A DNA stretch of 64,000 nucleotides from Myxococcota bacterium (GTDB lineage: Bacteria; Myxococcota_A; UBA9160; PR03): positions 82,765 through 146,764 of the forward strand of contig JBFIML010000003.1 in NCBI GenBank assembly GCA_041611735.1, read 5' to 3'. The notes below the pieces were generated by a model that saw only the letters and a program-made list of their open reading frames with translations, was not told the origin of the DNA and did no database searches. Of this stretch, positions 28,981 through 37,761 are shown piece by piece. Positions within the stretch are counted from its first letter, which is position 1, and each line of letters starts with the position of its first letter. The translations under genes were made by a program, and so were the position numbers.

Positions 28981-30105
28981 TCATGGCGCTCGTCGCACGG
29001 GGCGCGCTCCCGCCTCGGGCAGGGGCTCGTAGAAGTCGGGCCCCAGTGCATCGAGGAGCAGCTCGGCGACCACGGCGTTCCCGTACGGGCTCCAGTGGTA
29101 GTCGCAGCGGTGGAAGTAGCCGGCCCAGTCGCGCGTGCGCCGCGCCATGCCCGGGAGCAGGTCCACCAGCCGGAACCCCAGGCGCTGCGTCAGCGGGGAA
29201 AGCCGCGCGGCCAGCGGGGGTGGGCCGGAGCGGGCGAAGCGCTGCAGCTCGGCCAGGGTCGGGATCAGCACCACCGCCACCGGGCGCCCGTCCGCCGAGT
29301 CGGCCAGCCGTTCCAGCACGCCGACCAGCAGCCGGAGCTGTCGCTCGCTGAAGTCGTAGTAGCCGGAGGGCAGCTCGCTGCGGGCGGCCCGCGGGCGCAC
29401 GCTCCGCCAGCCCTCCCGGAGCGCGTTCCAGGCATAGGAGTGGCGGCGCAGCAGGCGCATCGCCCGGGGCTCCCGCAGGTCCCGGTGGTGCCAGCGGGGC
29501 GCGTCTCCCACCAGATAGGGGCGCCAGCGGTAGTCGTAGTCCTCGAGCCTCACAGCCCGCTCCAGGTCGAGGTCGACGAAGTCGTTGGTGGGGAGCACGC
29601 CCAGCAGGATTGCCGCGTGATCGAAGCGCGTGGCCAGCTCGCGGTGCACCAGGTAGGCCTGGTAGGGGCCGAAGTGCGCCATGGCGAAGTTCAGGTGCTC
29701 GAGGCCGGTGGCGGCCTCGAGCCGCTCCGAGACGCGCTGGGCGCGCTCCACGCCCCAGCCCTCCAGGAAGGAATCTCCCAGCACGACCACCCGGGGCCGG
29801 GGGGAGCGGAGTGCGCGCTCCACGTCGCGGGCGCCCACGGAGTTGGTGCGATAGGTGACCCGGAAGCAGGCGCTCCGGTGCTCCCACTCCGCGTTCGGGT
29901 GGTGCCAGACCCCGAAGTCCGGGTGGTCGCCCTGCCAGAAGGCCGGACCTGCCCGCGGCGGACGCGGCGTGTGCAGCACGCCGGCCTCCACCAGGCCGAG
30001 GGTGCCGAGCTCGAGGAGTGCCGCCGTACCGGCGGCGAGGCCCGCCAGCGCCAGCAGGCGCGCAAGGCGGCGGCTCCGACCCCTCTGCCTGCGCCTGTCG
30101 ATCAC
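28981..30105 (-). CDS. Membrane-anchored SGNH/GDSL hydrolase
   Basis: N-terminal TM; TNSVGARD, VLGDSFLEG, TND, DYHWS; GTG start at 30105. Confidence 0.82.
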   Translation of the reverse strand: MIDRRRQRGRSRRLARLLALAGLAAGTAALLELGTLGLVEAGVLHTPRPPRAGPAFWQGDHPDFGVWHHPNAEWEHRSACFRVTYRTNSVGARDVERALRSPRPRVVVLGDSFLEGWGVERAQRVSERLEAATGLEHLNFAMAHFGPYQAYLVHRELATRFDHAAILLGVLPTNDFVDLDLERAVRLEDYDYRWRPYLVGDAPRWHHRDLREPRAMRLLRRHSYAWNALREGWRSVRPRAARSELPSGYYDFSERQLRLLVGVLERLADSADGRPVAVVLIPTLAELQRFARSGPPPLAARLSPLTQRLGFRLVDLLPGMARRTRDWAGYFHRCDYHWSPYGNAVVAELLLDALGPDFYEPLPEAGARPVRRAP

Positions 30106-30122
30106 GCTGGGCCCGCGACCCG

Positions 30123-31790
30123 CTAGCCGGGGTTCGCCGCCTGGGCCGGCACGGCCTCGAGGAGGGCGCGCTCGGCGCGTTCCAGCATGATGCGGTGGAT
30201 CTTCCGTCCGGGATCCAGCTCGGCGGCCCGCGCGAAGGCCTGGCGCGCCCGCTCGGGACGTCCGAGCTCGAGGGACGCCACGCCCAGGTGGTGCAGGACG
30301 GTCTTCTCGTCGGGGTTGATGCCGAGCGCCGCCTCGTAGGCCGCGGCCGCCTCGTTCCAACGACCCTGGCGCGCGTGGAACGACCCGAGCGCATGCCAGG
30401 CCCCCACCGTCGGGTGCAGCGCGATCGCCTGCTGGTATTCGACCAGGGCCGCGTAGGACTGCCCGCTCCGCTCCAGCGCGCTGCCGAGGGTCACGTGGAG
30501 CGCGGGCCCGTCGCGACCGATCCAGTCCAGCCGCTTGGCGGCGGTGCGGGCGCGTGCCAGGTCGCCGCTGGCGATCGCCCGCCGCGCCGCTTCCTGCTCG
30601 AAGTGCGCGAGGAGCACGATTCCCAGGCAGGCGGCTCCGGTCGCCCACACCCCGCGGCCGAGCCACGAGTGGCGCGGCGCCCCGGTCGAGGCGGGGGCCT
30701 CGCGCGGACGCAGCAGCACGCGCGCGATGCGTCCGCTGCGCAGCTTCCAGATCGCCCCGTCCAGCACGAAGTGGTGCAGATTCACGGCCGACGCCACCAG
30801 CAGGCCGAGGCCCGCCTCGAAGGGCAGGCGCCCCAGGGCCCCGGGCGCGAAGACGAGCGCCGGGACCGTCCAGATCGCCATCCCCGCCAACAGGATCTTG
30901 CCGAGGTAGGGGAGCTGCCCGCTCCAGTCGCCGGAGGCCCGGGCGTAGTACGACGTCACCCAGACGTATTGCACCGAGTGGGCGATGGCGATCCACAGGA
31001 AGTAGTAGGGCCCGTTGCTGGCCTGCCAGGGCTCGATGCCCGTCGGAATCTTCCACACGCGCAGCGCCAGCGGGATCGAGAACCAGAGCGCCTGGGAGAA
31101 GGCGAGCGTCGCCGTGGGCACGAGATCGGCGAGGGAGCCGCGCCGCAGCAGCAGCACCGCCGCCACCCCCAGCGCCAACCCATAGGCGGCGGCCGCCAGG
31201 GCGAAGCCGACGTTGGCCACGACGGCCGGGATCCCGAAGTTGATGAAGTGGTACGACGACGAGTCGTAGGCCACGGGCGTGTAGCTGCTGGCGTCGGCCC
31301 CGCTGTGGATGGCCAGCACCGTCATCACGTAGGAGAGGATGAACGAGGCGTAGAGCGCGCGTTTGATGGCGGGCGTGATCTCGATGCCACGCCGACGCAG
31401 GAACATGACCGCGAGGCCGTAATTCTGCCCCGTGTAGTGCCAGGGGCTCCAGGTGAGATAGAGCGTCACGATCCAGGAGCCCACCAGCGCGTTGTGCACG
31501 CCGACCGCGAACGCCAGGCCGAGCAGCAGCGTCGCGTGGAGCGCGAAGAACGCGTAGGCGCGACGGTCCTCGGCCCGCTCGTAGACGCGCACCAGGGTGG
31601 CGCCGTAGTGGGGGACCCCGAAGAGCAGCACCGCGAAGGGCATCAGGGCCGCCGCGCCGCCTTCGCGGATCTGGGTGCCGGCCCCCGTCATCAGGGCGAA
31701 GGCGATCACGTACCACAGCCCGCATCCGATCAGGAGGTCGGGCAGGGGCCCGTAGAGCCAGCGGCCGGCGCGGGCAGCGGGGGTCGCCAT
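30123..31790 (-). CDS. Polytopic membrane protein with His motifs and C-terminal TPR repeats
   Basis: About 10 TMs with PHYGAT, WHYTGQNYG, HSVQY, HHFVLDGAIWK; C-terminal TPRs (YQQAIALHP, YEAALGINP, FARAAELDP). Confidence 0.8.
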   Translation of the reverse strand: MATPAARAGRWLYGPLPDLLIGCGLWYVIAFALMTGAGTQIREGGAAALMPFAVLLFGVPHYGATLVRVYERAEDRRAYAFFALHATLLLGLAFAVGVHNALVGSWIVTLYLTWSPWHYTGQNYGLAVMFLRRRGIEITPAIKRALYASFILSYVMTVLAIHSGADASSYTPVAYDSSSYHFINFGIPAVVANVGFALAAAAYGLALGVAAVLLLRRGSLADLVPTATLAFSQALWFSIPLALRVWKIPTGIEPWQASNGPYYFLWIAIAHSVQYVWVTSYYARASGDWSGQLPYLGKILLAGMAIWTVPALVFAPGALGRLPFEAGLGLLVASAVNLHHFVLDGAIWKLRSGRIARVLLRPREAPASTGAPRHSWLGRGVWATGAACLGIVLLAHFEQEAARRAIASGDLARARTAAKRLDWIGRDGPALHVTLGSALERSGQSYAALVEYQQAIALHPTVGAWHALGSFHARQGRWNEAAAAYEAALGINPDEKTVLHHLGVASLELGRPERARQAFARAAELDPGRKIHRIMLERAERALLEAVPAQAANPG

Positions 31791-31897
31791 GCGGGGATTA
31801 TCTCACGCCTCCCCGGTCGGCCGCGAGCCCCGGGGGGTCGGCGCCCACGGCGCCCGCTACGCTGGCGGCCGTCGCGTCCTCGCGCGCGGCGGGAGCC

Positions 31898-33865
31898 ATG
31901 GCCATCCGCAAGCGGACTCGCATCGCAGTTGCCGTCGGGCTGCTGCTCGCCGCCCACGCCGCGGCAGCCGTGCATGCCCTCTCGGTGCACGCGGTCACCG
32001 TGGACGAGGTGGCTCACCTGCCGGCGGGCATCTCCTACTGGGAGACCGGCTCCTTCGCCCTCTATCACCACAACCCGCCGCTCGTGAAGCTGCTGGCGGC
32101 GCTGCCGGCCCTGGCCCTGCATCCGGTGGTCCCCGGGCCGCCCGGCCCCGGCGTCACCCACTTCGAGTACGGCTGGTCCTTCATGTACGCCAACGCCGAG
32201 CGCTATCAGCGCATCTACTTCGCAGCGCGGTTGGTGGGGGTCGGGCTCTCGCTGCTGGCGGGTCTCGTGCTCTTCGCCTGGGGACAGGCGCTGTTCGGCA
32301 CGACCGCGGGGCTGCTGGCGCTCGCGCTCTGGAGCCTTTGCCCGAACGTCCTGGCCCACTCCGGTGTCGTCACCATGGATCTCGGATTGGCGGCGGCCTT
32401 CCTGGTGGCCGGCTGGGCCCTGTGGCGCCACCTGCGCCGTCCGAGCCCGGCGAGTGCCGTGCTCTGGGGCGCGGCCCTCGGCCTGGCGCTCCTCACGAAG
32501 TTCACTGCCCTGCTGCTGCTCGGGATCTGGCCGGCGCTGGCCGGGGTGCAGGGCATGCTCCGCCTGCGCAGCGGAGCGGTGCGTGGGGGGCGTCGGGTCC
32601 TCGACGCGGCCGGGCGCAGTGCGGCGCGCTGCGCCCTGGCTCTCGCGGCGCTGCTGGGGGTCGTGAATGCCGGTTATGGCTTCGAGGGCAGCGGGCGTCG
32701 CTTGGACCGCTTCGCCTTCGAGAGCGCCGATCTGACGCGGTCCGCGCCGCGCCCCGGCGCGCGGAGCACCGCGCCCGAGCGCCGCAATCGCTTCGAGGCG
32801 AGCCCGTTGGGAGCGCTTCCGGTTCCGCTGCCCGAACACTTCGTGCTGGGGATCGACGCCACCCGACGACACACGGAGGGGGTCTACCGCACCTACCTTG
32901 GCGGCGAGTGGCGTCGCGGCGGCTGGCACCGCTACTACCTGGTGACGCTGCTGCTCAAGGTTCCCGTCGGGACCTGGCTCCTGTTCGGTGTGGCCCTCGC
33001 CGCCGCAGCGACGCAGGCTCGCTTCCGCGCCGATGCCACCTCGGAGCTGGTGATCGGGGGCATCCCCGCCGCGACCCTCGCGGCCGTGAGCCTGGGGACC
33101 GACGTGAACCTGGGCCTGCGCTACGTGCTGCCGGTGCTGCCGTTCTGGCTGCTCTGGATCGCGCGTCTCGGCCGTGCCGTGGAGCAGCGGGCGCGCTGGC
33201 GCTGGATCGTGCCCGCGGCGCTGCTGGCGAACCTGCTCTCCGTGGCTCGCGTCCACCCGCACCACCTCTCCTACTTCAACGAGCCGGCCGGGGGGCCCGA
33301 GAACGGCGCGCGGCACCTGCTCGACTCGAACCTGGACTGGGGCCAGGACCTGCTGCTGCTCGACGACTGGCTCCGGCTTCATCGCCCCGGCGTCCCGGTC
33401 GGCCTGGCCTACTTCGGCGGCGTCGATCCCGGGATCCTGCCGGCTCAGGGACGCGGCTTCCCCTTCCATCTGGCGCCGCCGGGGCGAGCCGCGGACCTGC
33501 GGCTGATGGGGGCCGCCCCCGACGGACGCCTGGCCGCCTGGCTCGGCACGGTGTGGGACCCGAAGCGCACGGGCCGGCGCCCGCTGCGGCGCGAGCTGGA
33601 AGCGGCGCTCGGGCTTCCCAGCGGACCCCAGCCGGGGCTCTACGCGATCAGCGTCAACTTCCTGTACGGCTACGCCTACCGCGTGCGGGACGCTGAGGGA
33701 AACCTCTGGTATGCGGGGCCCGATGCCTTCGGCTGGCTGCGAACCCTCGAGCCCGTGGGGCGCGCCGGCCATTCGATCTTCTTGTACGAGGTCTCGCTCG
33801 AGGAGGCGAAGCGGGCGCGGGCGTCGCTCGGTCTGCCCCCCCTCGAGCACGCACCCGACGCCTGA
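31898..33865 (+). CDS. GT-C fold glycosyltransferase (ArnT/PMT, GT39-like)
   Basis: TVDEVAH (DE motif after TM1), HNPPLVK, TKFT, RYVLP, YFNE, DSNLDWGQDL. Confidence 0.8.
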   Translation: MAIRKRTRIAVAVGLLLAAHAAAAVHALSVHAVTVDEVAHLPAGISYWETGSFALYHHNPPLVKLLAALPALALHPVVPGPPGPGVTHFEYGWSFMYANAERYQRIYFAARLVGVGLSLLAGLVLFAWGQALFGTTAGLLALALWSLCPNVLAHSGVVTMDLGLAAAFLVAGWALWRHLRRPSPASAVLWGAALGLALLTKFTALLLLGIWPALAGVQGMLRLRSGAVRGGRRVLDAAGRSAARCALALAALLGVVNAGYGFEGSGRRLDRFAFESADLTRSAPRPGARSTAPERRNRFEASPLGALPVPLPEHFVLGIDATRRHTEGVYRTYLGGEWRRGGWHRYYLVTLLLKVPVGTWLLFGVALAAAATQARFRADATSELVIGGIPAATLAAVSLGTDVNLGLRYVLPVLPFWLLWIARLGRAVEQRARWRWIVPAALLANLLSVARVHPHHLSYFNEPAGGPENGARHLLDSNLDWGQDLLLLDDWLRLHRPGVPVGLAYFGGVDPGILPAQGRGFPFHLAPPGRAADLRLMGAAPDGRLAAWLGTVWDPKRTGRRPLRRELEAALGLPSGPQPGLYAISVNFLYGYAYRVRDAEGNLWYAGPDAFGWLRTLEPVGRAGHSIFLYEVSLEEAKRARASLGLPPLEHAPDA

Positions 33866-33910
33866 CCGCTGCTTGAGACGGGCGCGCCCTCCGATACCCT
33901 CGCGCTCGCC

Positions 33911-36034
33911 GTGATCTCGCGCGGACGCCTGGTTCGGATCGTCGCGACCCTGTTCGCCGCAGGCGCCCTCGCCTACGTCGCCTTCCCCCTGCTGCGCCTG
34001 TGCGGCGGACCCATCGGAACCGCCGACGCCTGGTGGCACCTGAAGATGGGGGAGGTGTACGCGACCCAGGGGCCGTGGCCGGACGGCGATCCGCTGCTCC
34101 ACACCGCCCACGCGGACGCCCCGGTGCAGCACGAGTGGGCCTTCGACGTGGCCCTGCACGGCGTGGACCGTCACTTCGGGCTGGAAGGAGTGCGCGTGGT
34201 CCACGTGCTGGCAGTTGCGGGCATCCTGGCCCTCGCGGCTTCGGCGTTCCGGCGCGAGAGCCGCACGCTCCTCGACGCGTGCTTCGCCACCACCGTCTTC
34301 GTGGTCCTGGCCTGGTGGCGGCTCATCCAGCTGCGCCCGGACCTCGTGAGCATCCCCGCCACCCTGCTCTTCCATCGGCTGCTGCTCGAGCGGGAGCGCC
34401 CGGCTTCGGCTGCCCGCATCGCGGCGGTGGCCGCACTCCTGCTGGTCTGGGTCAACGCCCATTCGCTGTTCGCCATTGGACCCCTGCTCGGCCTGGCGGC
34501 GCTTCTCGGCCTGGCGCTGCGGGCCGGCCTGCGCCGCTGGGCCGGCGCGGCGGTGGGGCCGGGAAGCGAGGCCGCCCAGGCGCGCCGCCTGGGCGCGGCC
34601 CTGGTCGTGGGCACGCTGGCGACGCTCGTCAATCCGCGCGGGATCGGACAGCACCTCACCTTCTTCACCTCCTCGCGCGAGGCCGCCATCTGGGCCATCT
34701 CCGACGAGTGGATGCACTTCGATCCCTTCGAGTGGCGCGGCTACGGGGACGCGGTGAGCCTGCCCACCTGGATCGCGGCCGACGCGGTGATGCTGACCTT
34801 CGCCGTGGCAGCGTGGCTGGCGTTCCGGCGCTTCGTGCGAAGCCCGTCGGCGGAGGGCCTCCGGGCCAGCGACCCCGTGCTGTTCGGACTCGGCGCCGCC
34901 GGCGTGGTGGCCGCGCTGGTCTCGGTGCGCTTTCTCTGGATGCTGGTCTTCCCCCTGCTCTTCGTGCTGCGCTTCCGGCGCCTCGTGCTCGCGCCCGGCT
35001 CCCGGCCGGGCGTCGCCCTCGCCCCGCTGCTGGCGGTGGTTGCCGTGGCGCTGGCGGCGATCTTCCCGCGCATCGAGGGCTTCCGGGCCCGCGCTGCCCG
35101 GGTTCCCTCCACCCTCTCCAGCTACCTGGCCACGTCCTACGACGGGGAGAAGTTCCACGAGGAGGCGGTGCGGTTCCTGGAGGAGACCGGCGTCGAGGGC
35201 AACCTGTTCAACGTCTACCCCATGGGCGGCTTCCTCGAGTACCGGGTCGGACCGCGGCTGCGCACCTTCGTGGACGGGCGCACCGAGCACTACCCGGCCG
35301 ACGTGCTCGAGGATTACTTCCGCATCACGGAGATGCGCGGCACGCGCCCGGGCGAGAGCTTCCTCGACGTGCTGGAGCGGCGCGGCGTGGATCTCTTCGT
35401 GGGAGTCGGCCTGCCGAGTCTCATGGCCGGACGCCGCTACACGAGCGCCCATCTGGAGCGCGCGCCGGGCTGGATCCTCGTGTCCCGTTCCCTGCGGCAC
35501 GGCGTCTACCTGCGCGCGAACGCCCGCAACCGCGAGAACCTGAGCCGCATCGCGGCCTACTACCAGCGGGAGTCGGTGCCCTTCGACCCGGAGCGGGGTC
35601 TCGACCCGGGCGAGGTGATCCTGCGGCGGCCGCTCTGGGCGGAAGCCCACGGCATGGTGCCGACGAGCTACGGCGTCCTGGTCGCCGCCACCCGCAGCCC
35701 GGACCCAGGGCGGCGCTTCGCGGCGCTGCAGCGCATCGGCCTCGGCTATGCGCTGGTGGGAAGCTACACGGAGCAGCTCCGCATCGAGCGCGAAGCGATC
35801 GCCTTGAACCCGCGCAGCCCGGGCCCGCGCCGCCGTCTGGTCTACGGGCTGCTCCGCCTGGATCGTCCGGAGGAGGCCCTCGAGGCGGCGCTCGCCCTCC
35901 AGGCTCTCGACCCTCAGGACCCCCTCGCGCATCGTTACGTGAGTGCGGTCCGGGAGTACCTGGCGCGGCGGGGAAGCGACGACCGGGAGGAGGGGCCACC
36001 GCAGGCGGTCGTCAACCGGCTTCCCCTGGTTTGA
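33911..36034 (+). CDS. GT-C-like polytopic membrane protein with C-terminal TPR
   Basis: DAWWHLKMG, HEWAFD, RPDL, WVNAHS, TFVDGRTEHY; TPR-like end (AIALNPRS). Confidence 0.68.
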   Translation: MISRGRLVRIVATLFAAGALAYVAFPLLRLCGGPIGTADAWWHLKMGEVYATQGPWPDGDPLLHTAHADAPVQHEWAFDVALHGVDRHFGLEGVRVVHVLAVAGILALAASAFRRESRTLLDACFATTVFVVLAWWRLIQLRPDLVSIPATLLFHRLLLERERPASAARIAAVAALLLVWVNAHSLFAIGPLLGLAALLGLALRAGLRRWAGAAVGPGSEAAQARRLGAALVVGTLATLVNPRGIGQHLTFFTSSREAAIWAISDEWMHFDPFEWRGYGDAVSLPTWIAADAVMLTFAVAAWLAFRRFVRSPSAEGLRASDPVLFGLGAAGVVAALVSVRFLWMLVFPLLFVLRFRRLVLAPGSRPGVALAPLLAVVAVALAAIFPRIEGFRARAARVPSTLSSYLATSYDGEKFHEEAVRFLEETGVEGNLFNVYPMGGFLEYRVGPRLRTFVDGRTEHYPADVLEDYFRITEMRGTRPGESFLDVLERRGVDLFVGVGLPSLMAGRRYTSAHLERAPGWILVSRSLRHGVYLRANARNRENLSRIAAYYQRESVPFDPERGLDPGEVILRRPLWAEAHGMVPTSYGVLVAATRSPDPGRRFAALQRIGLGYALVGSYTEQLRIEREAIALNPRSPGPRRRLVYGLLRLDRPEEALEAALALQALDPQDPLAHRYVSAVREYLARRGSDDREEGPPQAVVNRLPLV

Positions 36035-36071
36035 GGCCGCGGGTGGTAGGCTTGCGCCGGGAGGAGAGCGC

Positions 36072-36872
36072 GTGACGCCGAGCCCGCCGCCGCGCGAGCT
36101 GGACACGGGGACCGAGCACCTGCGGGCCCGGGTCGAGGAGCGCGTGGGCGTCCTCACCCTGAACCGGCCCGAGGCCCGCAACGCCCTCTCGCTGCAGATG
36201 AAGCAGGCTCTGCGCAGTCTGGTTCCCCGGCTCGGCGAAGATCCGGAAGTGGGCTGTCTCCTGCTGACGGGCGCCGGCCGGGCCTTCTGTGCCGGCGGCG
36301 ACACCAAGCTGATGGCCCAGGGGCCGCCGCCCTCGCGCGAGGACCGCCTGCGGCTGCTGCACCAGGAGCACGAGGTGCCGGCGGCGCTGCACGCCCTGGC
36401 CAAGCCGGTGGTGGCGGCGCTGCCGGGCCCGGCTGCGGGCGCGGGGCTCTCCCTGGCCCTGGCCTGCGACATCCGCATCGCCGCGGAGAGCGCGTTCGTC
36501 ACCACGGCGTACGTGCGCCTGGCTCTCTCCGGCGACTATGGAGGCAGCTGGTTCCTGACCCGCCTGGTGGGCCCCGCCCGCGCGCGGGAGCTCTACTTCA
36601 CGTCGGATCGCGTCGGCGCCCGGGAGTGCGAGCGCCTCGGGATCGTGAACCGGGTCGTCCCGGACGAACGGCTCCAGGAGGAGGCCTGGGCCCTGGCGCG
36701 TCGCCTGGCCGCCGGCCCGCCCGTCGCGCTCCGCTACATGAAGGACAATCTGAACCGGGCGTTGCAGGACGACCTGGAGACCTGCCTCGCCCTCGAGGCC
36801 GAGCGCATGGTGGACAGCGCCTTCACCCCGGACCACCGCAAGGCCGCGGGGGACCGAGGGGGAGGTTCTTGA
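36072..36872 (+). CDS. Enoyl-CoA hydratase/isomerase; the stop codon is supplied by repeat element A
   Basis: LNRPEARNAL, FCAGGD, AAGAGLSLALACD, GDYGGSW; ends abnormally as DHRKAAGDRGGGS. Confidence 0.88.
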   Translation: MTPSPPPRELDTGTEHLRARVEERVGVLTLNRPEARNALSLQMKQALRSLVPRLGEDPEVGCLLLTGAGRAFCAGGDTKLMAQGPPPSREDRLRLLHQEHEVPAALHALAKPVVAALPGPAAGAGLSLALACDIRIAAESAFVTTAYVRLALSGDYGGSWFLTRLVGPARARELYFTSDRVGARECERLGIVNRVVPDERLQEEAWALARRLAAGPPVALRYMKDNLNRALQDDLETCLALEAERMVDSAFTPDHRKAAGDRGGGS

Positions 36873-36949
36873 CGAATCGACTTCTCCTCGAGGGTCTCTA
36901 CCAGAGGCGACAGGGGTGAAGGGAAGGTCAAGTCGTCAGGAACGTCCCC
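36859..36949. repeat. 91-bp inverted-repeat element A (REPIN/MITE-like)
   Basis: Left arm GGGGAGGTTCTTGACGAATCGACTTCTCC; right arm GGGAAGGTCAAGTCGTCAGGAACGTCCCC; 33-nt spacer. Confidence 0.85.
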
Positions 36950-36967
36950 GAGACCGAGGAGACCCCG

Positions 36968-37750
36968 ATGGCTTCCGAGACGATCCAGCTCGAGTACGAC
37001 GGGCCGCTGGCGATCATGAGCAACAACCGGCCCGAGAAGCACAACGCCGCCAACGACGAGATGGACGCGCGGCTGTGGGAGATCCTGGAGGAGCTGCACC
37101 GCCGGGAGGGGCTGCGGGCGGTGGTCTGGCGCGGCAACGGGCCGTCCTTCTCCTCCGGCCGCGACGTGACCGAGCTCGGCGTGCGCCAGGACGACGCGGG
37201 CCACCTCGATTTCATCGAGCGCGGGCACCGCGGCGCGCGCCGCCTGCTCACCCTCCCGGCGCCGGTGGTGGTGGCCCTCAAGGGCTGGGTGATCGGGGGA
37301 TCCTTCGAGCGGGCGCTGCTCTGCGATCTGCGCGTGGCCGGCGAGAGCGCCAGGATGCGGCTGCCGGAGATCCTCCATGGGGTCGTTCCGGACTCAGGCG
37401 GGACGGCACGGCTCCTCCAGATGGCGGGTCACGGGCTCGCCGCCGACCTGGCCCTGACGGGTCGGGTGATGACCGCGGAGGAGGCGCTGCGCCACGGCGT
37501 CGTCTCGCGCGTCGTGCCCGACGAGAGGCTGGACGAGACCGCCCTGGAGATCGCCCGCGCCATCGCCGGCGCACCGGCCTTCACGGTGCGCATGTTCCGC
37601 CGCACGCTCGCCCGCCTGGCGGACCCCCTGGTGGAGCGCTCCCTGGGCGAGGAGGCGCTCACCCAGTCGCTGGTCTTCGGCTCGCGCGACTACGCGGAGA
37701 TGAAGGCGGCCCGCGCCGAGCAGCGCGAGCCGAGCTACCAGGGCCGTTGA
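36968..37750 (+). CDS. Enoyl-CoA hydratase/isomerase
   Basis: NRPEKHNA, FSSGRD, IGGSFE, LPE..HGVVPDSGG, ends REPSYQGR. Confidence 0.88.
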   Translation: MASETIQLEYDGPLAIMSNNRPEKHNAANDEMDARLWEILEELHRREGLRAVVWRGNGPSFSSGRDVTELGVRQDDAGHLDFIERGHRGARRLLTLPAPVVVALKGWVIGGSFERALLCDLRVAGESARMRLPEILHGVVPDSGGTARLLQMAGHGLAADLALTGRVMTAEEALRHGVVSRVVPDERLDETALEIARAIAGAPAFTVRMFRRTLARLADPLVERSLGEEALTQSLVFGSRDYAEMKAARAEQREPSYQGR

Positions 37751-37761
37751 CCCTCCGCACT

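Noticed and set aside
31730-36505. 1591-aa minus-strand ORF, and similar long ORFs at 26036-29032, 36916-40476, 38498-41260 and 23549-25804
   Set aside because: Shadow frames of well-supported genes. High GC suppresses stops, and the translations are Arg/Ala/Gly/Pro-rich with no motifs.
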